Source: a virus
Taxonomy: Duplodnaviria > Caudoviricetes
Direction: 5' to 3' (one strand)
Virus record (IMG/VR): IMGVR_UViG_3300025154_000106
Location: 1-59,121 of that record
Length of the DNA stretch: 59,121 nt
The notes beneath the pieces were generated by a model that was not told the DNA's origin, did no database searches, and was given only the letters and a program-made list of their open reading frames with translations. Below, piece by piece: positions 9,550 through 18,079 of this stretch (position 1 is its first letter; every line of letters begins with the position of its first letter). Made by a program: the position numbers and the translations under genes.

Positions 9550-11868
9550 ATGGCATCAATAGAAGACATCCTTGTTATAGCAGAAGATATAAGACAGTAC
9601 GTCATTGACCTGCCTACCAGATTATTGGTAAGTGCTGGGCAAATTGTTATTTATTCTGGTCTATCTGACATCTCTGAATCTCTTGGCATGATACAGGCTG
9701 GGGAGTTTAGGGCAGGAAACAGAAATGATCCTGGAACTTTTCTTAAGACTGCAGTAGCTGGTACTGGGTTTACTGGTATGCGTATGGCTTACCCTGCTCT
9801 TATTTATGATCTGGATGGGACAGATACAGAGTTCCATTTGGTTGGCATCAATGATGATGTGCTGCAGTTCGGTGTCAACGCAGCCAATGGTACACTTGTA
9901 GCCGGGGCAGGAGCAGTTGTACTATCAGCTACAGGAATTGCTGCTACAGCTGGTACGATTGCTGGATGGACAATCAATTCAGATTATTTAGGCTCTGATG
10001 GTACACCAGGCATAAAGATTCTATCTACAGGTACTATTGAAACCTCAGACTTTGTGAGTGGTCTTTTAGGTAAAGGTTGGCGTATCAGTGAGGCTGGTAA
10101 TGCTGAGTTCAATAATGCTGTAATCAGGGGTGAGCTAAGAACAACTGTTCTAACTTATCAAGAAGTACAAGCAATAAGTGGTACGATGGGAGTGTTTCAA
10201 TCTGCCGGGGTTATTCTGGAAACTACAGGTGTAGTACCAGCAGCAGCAAGCTCAATGAATATAAAGGTAAAAGATCCAGACTATGGACATGCAGCCCTGT
10301 TTGCAGTCAATGATGTGCTCTGGATTAAAGATGGAACTAATGCTACATGGTTTACAGTTACTACCGTTACAGACAACACAACATATTATACCTATGCCTG
10401 TACAGTAGAGAGTGGAAGTACGGGTAACGTATACACAGCAGGACAGGCAATAGTAAACTTTGGTGTGAGTGGGGAAGGGTACTTGTTACTAGAAGCTGTA
10501 GGTACAGGTGCACCTTATTTCTCTGTACGAACTACAAGTGCTACGCCGTGGACTGGTGCTACTAACCTAGAACATGTACGTATGGGTAACTTGAATGGAA
10601 ACTGGGGGTATGTAGCAGATACGTATGGTGTAGCTATTGGAAAGTATGATACTAACTTACCAAACATTACCGTTGATCCAACCAATGGATTACGCATTAG
10701 ATCTTATAATAGTGCAGAGCCACTATTACAATTAGATACAAGTGGGAATGCCCTACTTAAAAATAAATTAAAGATGAGTGGGGATAGCTCAGCCATAAGT
10801 ATAGGTGCTGATCCACCAACTGCCAGTAACGCTGGTACTGGTATATGGATAGATAAGACGGGGTTATACTCACTTGATTCTGGAAATTCTCGTACCACAA
10901 TAGATGCAACTACTGGAATATTATATGCTGGGTATGATAATATATCTCTGGGATACGATGGAATTAGGATCACAACAAGCACAGCAAAATCTGGAGTAAG
11001 TCTTATATGGGAATCCAGTTTAGCAACAAGACCAAATGTGGAATTGTATACCTTGGTAGATGCTGGAAACACTGTGCCCCAGTTTTTTATAACAGGCTAT
11101 GGTGATGAGGATGTGTGTGAATTCTATATAACTGCGAATAGTGGTCTTGGTCATACTGGTGGACTGATAATAACAGACAGGTACTCAAAAACTTTGGGAC
11201 TGTGGTCTACATGGAATGAATTATACTGGCTGGGAGCGGGTGTAGTTCCAGTTTATGTGTCGTCTAGTAGCATAAAGTTTCCGGGCATTGATGTAACAAC
11301 CTACTTTCCCCCAGGGACAAAAATAAGGTTTACTCAAACAACAGTAAAATATTTTTATGTTTTATCTTCCAGTTTTTCAACAGACACAACTATTACTTTA
11401 AATGGTGGTGGAACGTACACAGTAGCAGACGCTAGTTTAGGTACGTTTTATTATTCTCATGCAGCAGTAGCAGATACCATGCCATTCGGTTCGTCTACAT
11501 TCATACCCCTTACTACTGCTCTTACCTCTACATCATGGGACGGTGACTCATTCAGCACAACCGCAAAAACAGTTATTGATTTATCAGCAGTGTTTAGTGC
11601 GCCTGCTGGTATAAAAGCAGTGTCTTTACGTGTACTTGCAAGAGACAGTGCCAGTGCTGCAAGCTCAACAACAGAAATAATTCTCTCTCCAAATGATACT
11701 GCTGCGAGTGGATTATCATGTAGATGTGCTGGGAATCCTAATGATGTTTACGAAGATACACCAATGACTGTTCCTTGTGATGCTAATGGAGACATTTATT
11801 ATCAGGTGGTGGCATCAGGAGCAGGTACGTTGGATGCAATAATTCAGATCCACGGATACTGGATTTAG
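9550..11868 (+). CDS. Tail fibre / host-specificity protein
   Basis: Gly/Thr-rich, with GTIAGWTI and GWRISEAGNAEFNNAVIRG fibre motifs and a distinct C-terminal domain. GGAG RBS before ATG 9550. Confidence 0.8.
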   Translation: MASIEDILVIAEDIRQYVIDLPTRLLVSAGQIVIYSGLSDISESLGMIQAGEFRAGNRNDPGTFLKTAVAGTGFTGMRMAYPALIYDLDGTDTEFHLVGINDDVLQFGVNAANGTLVAGAGAVVLSATGIAATAGTIAGWTINSDYLGSDGTPGIKILSTGTIETSDFVSGLLGKGWRISEAGNAEFNNAVIRGELRTTVLTYQEVQAISGTMGVFQSAGVILETTGVVPAAASSMNIKVKDPDYGHAALFAVNDVLWIKDGTNATWFTVTTVTDNTTYYTYACTVESGSTGNVYTAGQAIVNFGVSGEGYLLLEAVGTGAPYFSVRTTSATPWTGATNLEHVRMGNLNGNWGYVADTYGVAIGKYDTNLPNITVDPTNGLRIRSYNSAEPLLQLDTSGNALLKNKLKMSGDSSAISIGADPPTASNAGTGIWIDKTGLYSLDSGNSRTTIDATTGILYAGYDNISLGYDGIRITTSTAKSGVSLIWESSLATRPNVELYTLVDAGNTVPQFFITGYGDEDVCEFYITANSGLGHTGGLIITDRYSKTLGLWSTWNELYWLGAGVVPVYVSSSSIKFPGIDVTTYFPPGTKIRFTQTTVKYFYVLSSSFSTDTTITLNGGGTYTVADASLGTFYYSHAAVADTMPFGSSTFIPLTTALTSTSWDGDSFSTTAKTVIDLSAVFSAPAGIKAVSLRVLARDSASAASSTTEIILSPNDTAASGLSCRCAGNPNDVYEDTPMTVPCDANGDIYYQVVASGAGTLDAIIQIHGYWI

Positions 11869-11882
11869 AAAAGGAGAATAGA

Positions 11883-12596
11883 ATGAAAAAGGGTTTCAAT
11901 ATAAATGCACATACAGATTTAGTACCAGCATACTACGATGTAGTATATGTCAATGCTATGCTAGGTAAGACGCTTGACCCAATGTTTACAAAGTATTGGG
12001 AAGCTACCAATACACTCAAGCGTGGGCTTATTCATCAACCTGTTCTTAGTAAGGATGATGATGTAAACGACAATGCCAGTGCTTTCCTTGGAATGCTCAA
12101 CGACTTATCTTACTTGGGGTGGAACAATGATGTCCCCTTGATGATAGATATTTGGAAAGCACCCGAAGAATACAGGTACAATCTTGATCATATACGACAG
12201 CATGGTATCTACATTACTCAGTACTATAAACCAAAATTGAAACCACTGCTGAGGGTTATTGTAAGTACATGGAAAGCATGGTATGAAGCCAACACAACAG
12301 AAACTATTCGATTACTTACTGACTATACCATTCTTCTATGCCAGCCTGGAGTACAGAAACCATCCGAACTAACTGGTATAGGGGTAGCTACATGGTGGGA
12401 GTATGACTGGGGTATGTACGCACAGGATCTCAATGGTATCTTTGATGGTGTAGTAAAACCACCCGAACCTGTTGAAGAACCAGTTCCAGTAACACCACCA
12501 GCACCACCAGTAACACCACAACCCACAGCTAAAAAGAAATACAAAGTCAGCCTGTTGGGTGGGCTGATAAGTGGAACTATAGAGGAGATAGAATGA
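11883..12596 (+). CDS. Degenerate GH25-like (muramidase-fold) protein with a Pro-rich linker
   Basis: GFNIN / DPMF..YW / LKRG..H / PLMIDIW follow the GH25 motif order, but the DVS and DxE catalytic motifs are altered. Confidence 0.45.
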   Translation: MKKGFNINAHTDLVPAYYDVVYVNAMLGKTLDPMFTKYWEATNTLKRGLIHQPVLSKDDDVNDNASAFLGMLNDLSYLGWNNDVPLMIDIWKAPEEYRYNLDHIRQHGIYITQYYKPKLKPLLRVIVSTWKAWYEANTTETIRLLTDYTILLCQPGVQKPSELTGIGVATWWEYDWGMYAQDLNGIFDGVVKPPEPVEEPVPVTPPAPPVTPQPTAKKKYKVSLLGGLISGTIEEIE

Positions 12597-12940
12597 AGTT
12601 AACTTTGTTAGATTTGTTTAGTCCTTCTGGACAGTTGGTTATTAATAAGTTAGGAGAAAGTAAGGAAGCTGACATACAGACTACCCGTATGGCTATTCGC
12701 TTATTGAAGGCAGTCAAAGAATACAACGATGAACTACAGGCTATTGTCAATAAGCTGAATGAAAAGTATGCAGGTAAGATTGAAGAATCAGTAGTAGAAA
12801 TCAATCAAGAGATTACTGACGAACTCAATAAGGTAGAGATTGAACTGGATATACAGCAACTTACTATCGAACAACTGCATCAGGCAGGACTGAATGGCAA
12901 AGAAATCTTTGCAGTAAGCTGGCTTTTGTCTGACGTTTAG
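12593..12940 (+). CDS. Hypothetical helical protein (DUF1617-like)
   Basis: 115 aa, acidic and helical, translationally coupled to the upstream gene. Confidence 0.45.
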   Translation: MKLTLLDLFSPSGQLVINKLGESKEADIQTTRMAIRLLKAVKEYNDELQAIVNKLNEKYAGKIEESVVEINQEITDELNKVEIELDIQQLTIEQLHQAGLNGKEIFAVSWLLSDV

Positions 12941-12955
12941 GGGTATAATAAGACT

Positions 12956-12970
12956 AAGTAACGGTTACTT
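12956..12970. repeat. Dispersed palindrome AAGTAAC-G-GTTACTT upstream of the endolysin
   Basis: Perfect copy between TATAAT (12944-12949) and ATG 12971. Confidence 0.9.
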
Positions 12971-13873
12971 ATGAACAATGTCTACTTACCACTTATTATG
13001 AACGGAGAAGAACCTATGGCAGATGGTGAATATATTTCATTTGGACAAACATTTACGAAGGTACTTGATGTAAGTAAATTTCAAGATAAGAATGAAACTG
13101 CAGCAAGACCAGACTTCAAGAAAGCCAGAGCCAAAGGTACACGTGGTGTAGTTATCAGGGTATCTGCAAACTTTGGAGTAGACGAGGATGCTGAGTACAA
13201 CTGGAAAGCTGTACAAGATGCAGACATGATACCCCTTGCTTATCACTGGTTTGAATACCGGGCAGGCATTATGAAAAGTGGTGGTGATCAGGCGAAGACA
13301 TGCTTAGATACAATAGATATGATTAATGGTACTGTAGAAAACGTGCCCATCTTTTTGGACTACGAACAGCCATCAGCAGCATGGCCTCCTCTGCCTGAAT
13401 ACTACACAAGTATTGCTAACTTATCCAGGTTTTATGAAGTAACAGATCCCAACACAAAACGGTTGACGGGGCTATATGGTAACCGGAATACTGTGTATGC
13501 CATATCCCCCGTTCCAACCCGTACATTATTGAGACCCTTCTGGCCAGCAGGCTGGATATTCAGCAGGCTTATGAGAGCAGAAGAAATTACTGGACTATCA
13601 TGGAGACCTAATATATCTCCGTGGACTAAGTTTACTGTATGGCAGTGTGGTCTTACGTATGGGTATGAGTATGGGATGGAGTCAGCAGAAGTAGATTTGA
13701 ATTTCTTCAATGGAACGTTTGATCAATTGGCTGAGTTTGCTGGGTATACTATACCTACAGAACCGACACAGCCTCCCATTGTTTTTCCAGAATTAGAAGA
13801 AAGGGTAAGTAAGTTAGAACAGGACATCCAAAATTTACGACAAGAGGCAATACTACATGGGTGGTTTGTCTAA
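12971..13873 (+). CDS. Endolysin, glycoside hydrolase family 25 muramidase
   Basis: LDVSKFQ, AYHWF, IFLDYE, WQ and VDLN motifs. An alternative start at 13016 has a GGAG RBS. Confidence 0.85.
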   Translation: MNNVYLPLIMNGEEPMADGEYISFGQTFTKVLDVSKFQDKNETAARPDFKKARAKGTRGVVIRVSANFGVDEDAEYNWKAVQDADMIPLAYHWFEYRAGIMKSGGDQAKTCLDTIDMINGTVENVPIFLDYEQPSAAWPPLPEYYTSIANLSRFYEVTDPNTKRLTGLYGNRNTVYAISPVPTRTLLRPFWPAGWIFSRLMRAEEITGLSWRPNISPWTKFTVWQCGLTYGYEYGMESAEVDLNFFNGTFDQLAEFAGYTIPTEPTQPPIVFPELEERVSKLEQDIQNLRQEAILHGWFV

Positions 13874-13893
13874 ATTTATAACAAGGAGGTTTC

Positions 13894-14292
13894 ATGGAAG
13901 AACAAATACCACTCGTATGGATAATATTAGGTGCTTATGTACTACCTGGAGCATTAGGTATTGCAAATTATATTTCAACTCACAAGAAAGACAGGCATAA
14001 AGAACACATAGATGATGACAGTCTATCTCTTGAGTGGTCAAAAGAATTTATGAAACGCCTGACAGATGTAGAAGATGAGAGTAAGGCATTACGAACAGAG
14101 CTGATAGTAGTACAGAAAGAAAAGCTCTGCCTTGAACACGAGATAAATAAGCTAAAGCTATTGAATGCAGATCAGACAGCCAGAATTATAAAGTTGGAAA
14201 ACGAAAGAGCTGGGTTGATAACCGAGATTGCCAGCTTACGGGATAGAATACGTGAGCTTGAAGATGAAAATAAAAGACTAAAGGAGAGTTAA
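13894..14292 (+). CDS. Membrane-anchored coiled-coil lysis-module protein
   Basis: N-terminal transmembrane helix then a long coiled coil, between endolysin and holin. Confidence 0.55.
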   Translation: MEEQIPLVWIILGAYVLPGALGIANYISTHKKDRHKEHIDDDSLSLEWSKEFMKRLTDVEDESKALRTELIVVQKEKLCLEHEINKLKLLNADQTARIIKLENERAGLITEIASLRDRIRELEDENKRLKES

Positions 14293-14293
14293 T

Positions 14294-14647
14294 ATGTTAG
14301 AGAGAATCGTTGTTGAATTTAGTGCACTGCTTGGCTTCGCTGCTTTAATTGCACTGCTGGTAAACGTTGCCAAATTTTTTGGCTGGATCAAAGATGGTGA
14401 TGCACTGTACTGGACATCGGGTGCGAACTTCCTTGTCATCATAACCATGTATGCCCTAAAGTTATTCAAGCCAGAGTTCGACTTTGCAAACATTGATCCT
14501 ATTGTAGCTGAGATTGCTGCTGTTGGTACTATGTTGTTCCAACTTATCTCTGGCATCTTAGCCAGTAGACTGACACACTATGCAGTAAAAGGACTCCCCG
14601 TTATTGGAAAGTCCTTTACTCAAGAACGTGAACAGTACTTAGGTTAA
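14294..14647 (+). CDS. Holin
   Basis: 117 aa with 2-3 hydrophobic segments at the end of the lysis cassette. Confidence 0.65.
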   Translation: MLERIVVEFSALLGFAALIALLVNVAKFFGWIKDGDALYWTSGANFLVIITMYALKLFKPEFDFANIDPIVAEIAAVGTMLFQLISGILASRLTHYAVKGLPVIGKSFTQEREQYLG

Positions 14648-14656
14648 ACCTAACAA

Positions 14657-15226
14657 CTAGGTTACATCACCTATATAATCGGTGATACATGCGAGGGCTA
14701 CTCCTATGGAGTCAGCCCCGTTATGGTTTATGTTTACGAATAGATCCTTGGCTGACTTCTTGCCAGATCCAAATGCTTTCTTCCGTGCTGTAGATGGTGG
14801 GATGTACTTGATATTGTCCTGATATACAAACTTACTGAACCCCTGCACAAAGCCAAAGCGTACCTGCTCTAACTCTACCTGACCATACCTGCTTTTGTAT
14901 GCTGCCCCCTCTACATACACATGCAAGTTCTTTGGATCATAGGAGGCAAGGTCATACTCATAGCCCAGCTTTTCAATAAGGTGCATAGAGTTCATGCCAG
15001 CAAACTCTCCCAGCCTTGGCAGTCTCCCATACATTATCTCAATGACAGAGGTAGAGATAAGAGTAATGCCAAAGTTTATACCTGGGTCTACCCCAATGAA
15101 CAGGTGCTTACCAGAGGGAAAGCCGGGGTACTTTGTGTCTATGAAGATAGACTTGACAGAGCACATACCCAAACTAATTTTCGTCTGATTCAATTTCTTC
15201 GTAAAGTCCAGGGTTTCCCAGAACAT
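14657..15226 (-). CDS. ruvC: RuvC-like Holliday junction resolvase
   Basis: IGVDPG, VYVEG, PSTARKKAFGSG and ADSIGVA motifs. Confidence 0.75.
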   Translation of the reverse strand: MFWETLDFTKKLNQTKISLGMCSVKSIFIDTKYPGFPSGKHLFIGVDPGINFGITLISTSVIEIMYGRLPRLGEFAGMNSMHLIEKLGYEYDLASYDPKNLHVYVEGAAYKSRYGQVELEQVRFGFVQGFSKFVYQDNIKYIPPSTARKKAFGSGKKSAKDLFVNINHNGADSIGVALACITDYIGDVT

Positions 15227-16184
15227 TTTTGTTTTTCTCCTTCTCTAGTTTTTCAAATATGGGATCAAACTTGGATGTGTTACCAGTTACAGCAGCTTCA
15301 AATAGTTTAGAGATGTATCCGATTGACTTACCATCTACCTTGACTACTGACCCACGGTCTATTAGCTCTAAGTTAGCTGCATCATACAGTGCAGTTAGCT
15401 CTCTGCTAACACCATAGCTTGGTACAATAACCAGCTCGAACTTCCTACCCTTACCACCATACCTGAGCTTCTCTACCTGCCCACCCACACGGTAACCAAT
15501 GATGTCCTCACCAGACTTGACTGCCTCCTTTTGCCACAGTGTAATCCTGACTGCAGATAAGTACTTGAGTGTATCACCACCTGCAGTAATGTGTCCCTGC
15601 CCAGCAAGCACAGAGTGGGTGTGATTGATATAGATAACATTGATAGGCTTCTCTCTTACATTCATAAAGTTTACGCAGCGTCTTGCCCATTGACCCAAAG
15701 CAAACGCCCGTCTGCCCATGTTAGCCTCACCAATATCACCAGCTGACTCAGAGTCAGGGATGAATGCCCCAACACTATCAAGAATGACTACCCGTATATT
15801 TTCATTCTTCCCTATAGCATCAGCTGATTCAGTAATCATGTCAGTGTGTGATCTGATCCTGCCTTTGATCACATCATCAACGAGATGTACCTTACCACGA
15901 AAGCCCGACACCCCAATAGCCTGGCTAAGATAGTCTACGTCCAGCCCTTCAAGATCTACTACCTCTATCTGGTCAGTCTTACTACCATTCTTAGCCAGTG
16001 CGCCAGAGATAAAATAAGAAGAAGTAGATTTACCTACCCCTGTCTTGCCTGCTATCTCAAAGAGTGTAGCGTTTGGTACACCTAGCTTACCCTTCTCACT
16101 GAGTGCAAGGTCAAGAGAGTATAGCCCTGTTGGAACTCTAACGATTGGTCGTCTGTTGCCTACATCTATTTGTATACCTTCCAT
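15174..16184 (-). CDS. recA: RecA/UvsX-like recombinase
   Basis: VPTGLYSLDLAL, Walker A GKTGVGKS, Walker B VILDS, TAGGDTLKY. Confidence 0.85.
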   Translation of the reverse strand: MEGIQIDVGNRRPIVRVPTGLYSLDLALSEKGKLGVPNATLFEIAGKTGVGKSTSSYFISGALAKNGSKTDQIEVVDLEGLDVDYLSQAIGVSGFRGKVHLVDDVIKGRIRSHTDMITESADAIGKNENIRVVILDSVGAFIPDSESAGDIGEANMGRRAFALGQWARRCVNFMNVREKPINVIYINHTHSVLAGQGHITAGGDTLKYLSAVRITLWQKEAVKSGEDIIGYRVGGQVEKLRYGGKGRKFELVIVPSYGVSRELTALYDAANLELIDRGSVVKVDGKSIGYISKLFEAAVTGNTSKFDPIFEKLEKEKNKNVLGNPGLYEEIESDEN

Positions 16185-16873
16185 TACTTCTCCATCATGT
16201 TCGTACTGGATACTATCTTTGCTATGGCTGCCTCAATAAGATCATTCTTATCTCGCTGTGATACCAGCAACATTCCAACAACTTCTAACTGACTGCCCTT
16301 GCGTACAGATATTGCACCTGTAGTAAGACTGAGTTCAAGCATCATAGCAGTAGAGCTGGATGTTCTCTCGCCCCGGATGTCTCGCACAATCCCTCTGACT
16401 TCTGAGGATGTAGTTGCTTCTGCTACTCGTTCCCAATCTTCCCCACTCAACTGACCCTCACGTGCTGCTGCAGTAAGAAGAAGTAAAGACTTCATTGGCT
16501 TACCTTCAATACCCTGTTTGACTTCATCAGGTATCTCCGGGTTCTCAAACACAGCCTTCCACATATTGATATACTTGTATGCTGTTGAGTGTGCAATACC
16601 CATCTCTGTGTAGAAAACTTCATACATGTCATCTTCATAATTGAACATGCTTTCCCACACATCAGATACTCTTGACAAGAGCTTAGCCAACGCCAGCCCA
16701 CTCGCCTGAATATTTCTTTTGAGTGCACGACCCATAGCCATGATAGGTTGTATATCACCCTGAGCAACAGCCTGATCAACAGTAGTATCTACCATGTCAA
16801 ATACTTTTCTATCGCCTGGGGTAAGAACTACTGCCATATCCACACCAGTATTAAAGATCATATCTTCACTCAT
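16184..16873 (-). CDS. Putative DNA-binding protein (DUF3102-like HTH)
   Basis: The segment EMGIAHSTAYKYINMW looks like an HTH. Confidence 0.4.
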   Translation of the reverse strand: MSEDMIFNTGVDMAVVLTPGDRKVFDMVDTTVDQAVAQGDIQPIMAMGRALKRNIQASGLALAKLLSRVSDVWESMFNYEDDMYEVFYTEMGIAHSTAYKYINMWKAVFENPEIPDEVKQGIEGKPMKSLLLLTAAAREGQLSGEDWERVAEATTSSEVRGIVRDIRGERTSSSTAMMLELSLTTGAISVRKGSQLEVVGMLLVSQRDKNDLIEAAIAKIVSSTNMMEK

Positions 16874-17364
16874 ACAATACCTCTTTTCAAACTCTTCAGT
16901 GCTAATCTAAACTCACCATTGTAGCCATTGATACTACCATACAGTTCCCCAGTAGCCACAACATTACCCTGTACACCCAATGATTTTATTCCACCCAACT
17001 GAATGCCCTGAATATCCTTAAGGTTTACACCTACCATACCCAGAACATTTGTTAAGGTATTACCTACCAATAGAATACCTTTTCTATTAATGAGAAGTTC
17101 AGGCATACATGTATTTACAAAGTGCTCACGTAAACATTCCTGAGTTGTATCAAGATGCGGATAGGCAGTAACCAATCGACAGGCAGTAAGCTGGATACCT
17201 ACACGTGCAAGTTCATAGGCAAGGAACTCTCCAACCTTTCCAGTAAAGGGAAGCCCAACCTTGAGATCATCATAGGATGGGTACTCTCCAACAATAAGCC
17301 AGTCAGCATTCTGTTTACCATTTGCCCTGACACTGTACCGATTACACGTTGGGCAGTTGTACAT
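16870..17364 (-). CDS. Uracil-DNA glycosylase family-4-like protein, divergent
   Basis: CPTC, LIVGEYP and GLPFTGKVG motifs. GGAG RBS before ATG 17364. No clear C-terminal HP motif. Confidence 0.7.
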   Translation of the reverse strand: MYNCPTCNRYSVRANGKQNADWLIVGEYPSYDDLKVGLPFTGKVGEFLAYELARVGIQLTACRLVTAYPHLDTTQECLREHFVNTCMPELLINRKGILLVGNTLTNVLGMVGVNLKDIQGIQLGGIKSLGVQGNVVATGELYGSINGYNGEFRLALKSLKRGIV

Positions 17365-17566
17365 CTGTATCTCCCATCTTAGCCTGTGCACCTATGGCTT
17401 TAGCCATGGCTACCCCGAACCAGTAAGCAGCTACAACCGCATCACGTTTTCGGGTAACATCTAACTTGTATGGTACACCCTGTGGAGTAATCATGTCTTT
17501 AGCTATGGCTGCCACGATCTGCTTGTACTGTGCATTCATCTGATCTTCATATTCTTTTTTATTCAT
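17342..17566 (-). CDS. Hypothetical protein
   Basis: Coupled ORF in the replication operon. Confidence 0.55.
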   Translation of the reverse strand: MNKKEYEDQMNAQYKQIVAAIAKDMITPQGVPYKLDVTRKRDAVVAAYWFGVAMAKAIGAQAKMGDTDVQLPNV

Positions 17567-17823
17567 CGTGCCCTCTCTAAGAATTCTTCTACTGTCAATT
17601 TATCTGAATAGGTTACATTCAACTGCAGTAATTCACTCAATCGTTCTGCAACCTGCACAATGTGGAATCTATCATTGGTTCGAAATACTCGAACAATCTC
17701 GTTCTTGTGAAGACCCCATGGTTCTTGATATATGTTTATAACAAACTCATCAGGCTCATCCTCCTGAATTATTATTCCAACTCTTATTGTTGCCCACATT
17801 TTCTCTCCCATCTCTACTCCCAA
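17563..17823 (-). CDS. Hypothetical protein
   Basis: Coupled ORF. The true start is probably the ATG near 17811. Confidence 0.55.
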   Translation of the reverse strand: MGVEMGEKMWATIRVGIIIQEDEPDEFVINIYQEPWGLHKNEIVRVFRTNDRFHIVQVAERLSELLQLNVTYSDKLTVEEFLERAR

Positions 17824-18077
17824 TACTTTCTTAGTGTTTCAAATATATCATCGCCATAAACCAGCTTCATGGCAGATGAGAATACCCAATGTTCCTCTTC
17901 GTCTAAGTCCATTGTTTCAGTAGTCATAACAGCTTTAACATATTCACTACAATGGTATCTTAATTCATTCATTGGACGAGAGGTAAACACACCTACTTGT
18001 GGGATACCCTTATCTACTTGTTCTAACTTTTCCTGTAGAATTTCAATTTGCTTTTTGATTTCTTCTTTTGTTGCCAT
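17814..18077 (-). CDS. Hypothetical protein
   Basis: AAGGAG RBS, directly after the polymerase gene. Confidence 0.6.
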   Translation of the reverse strand: MATKEEIKKQIEILQEKLEQVDKGIPQVGVFTSRPMNELRYHCSEYVKAVMTTETMDLDEEEHWVFSSAMKLVYGDDIFETLRKYWE

Positions 18078-18079
18078 CT

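Noticed and set aside
9550-11868. Diversity-generating retroelement targeting the fibre gene
   Set aside because: No reverse transcriptase, and no TR/VR pair seen.
16870-17364. DNA base-modification system inferred from the UDG-like gene
   Set aside because: No nucleotide-modification pathway genes are recognisable, and UDG-like genes commonly accompany phage PolA.
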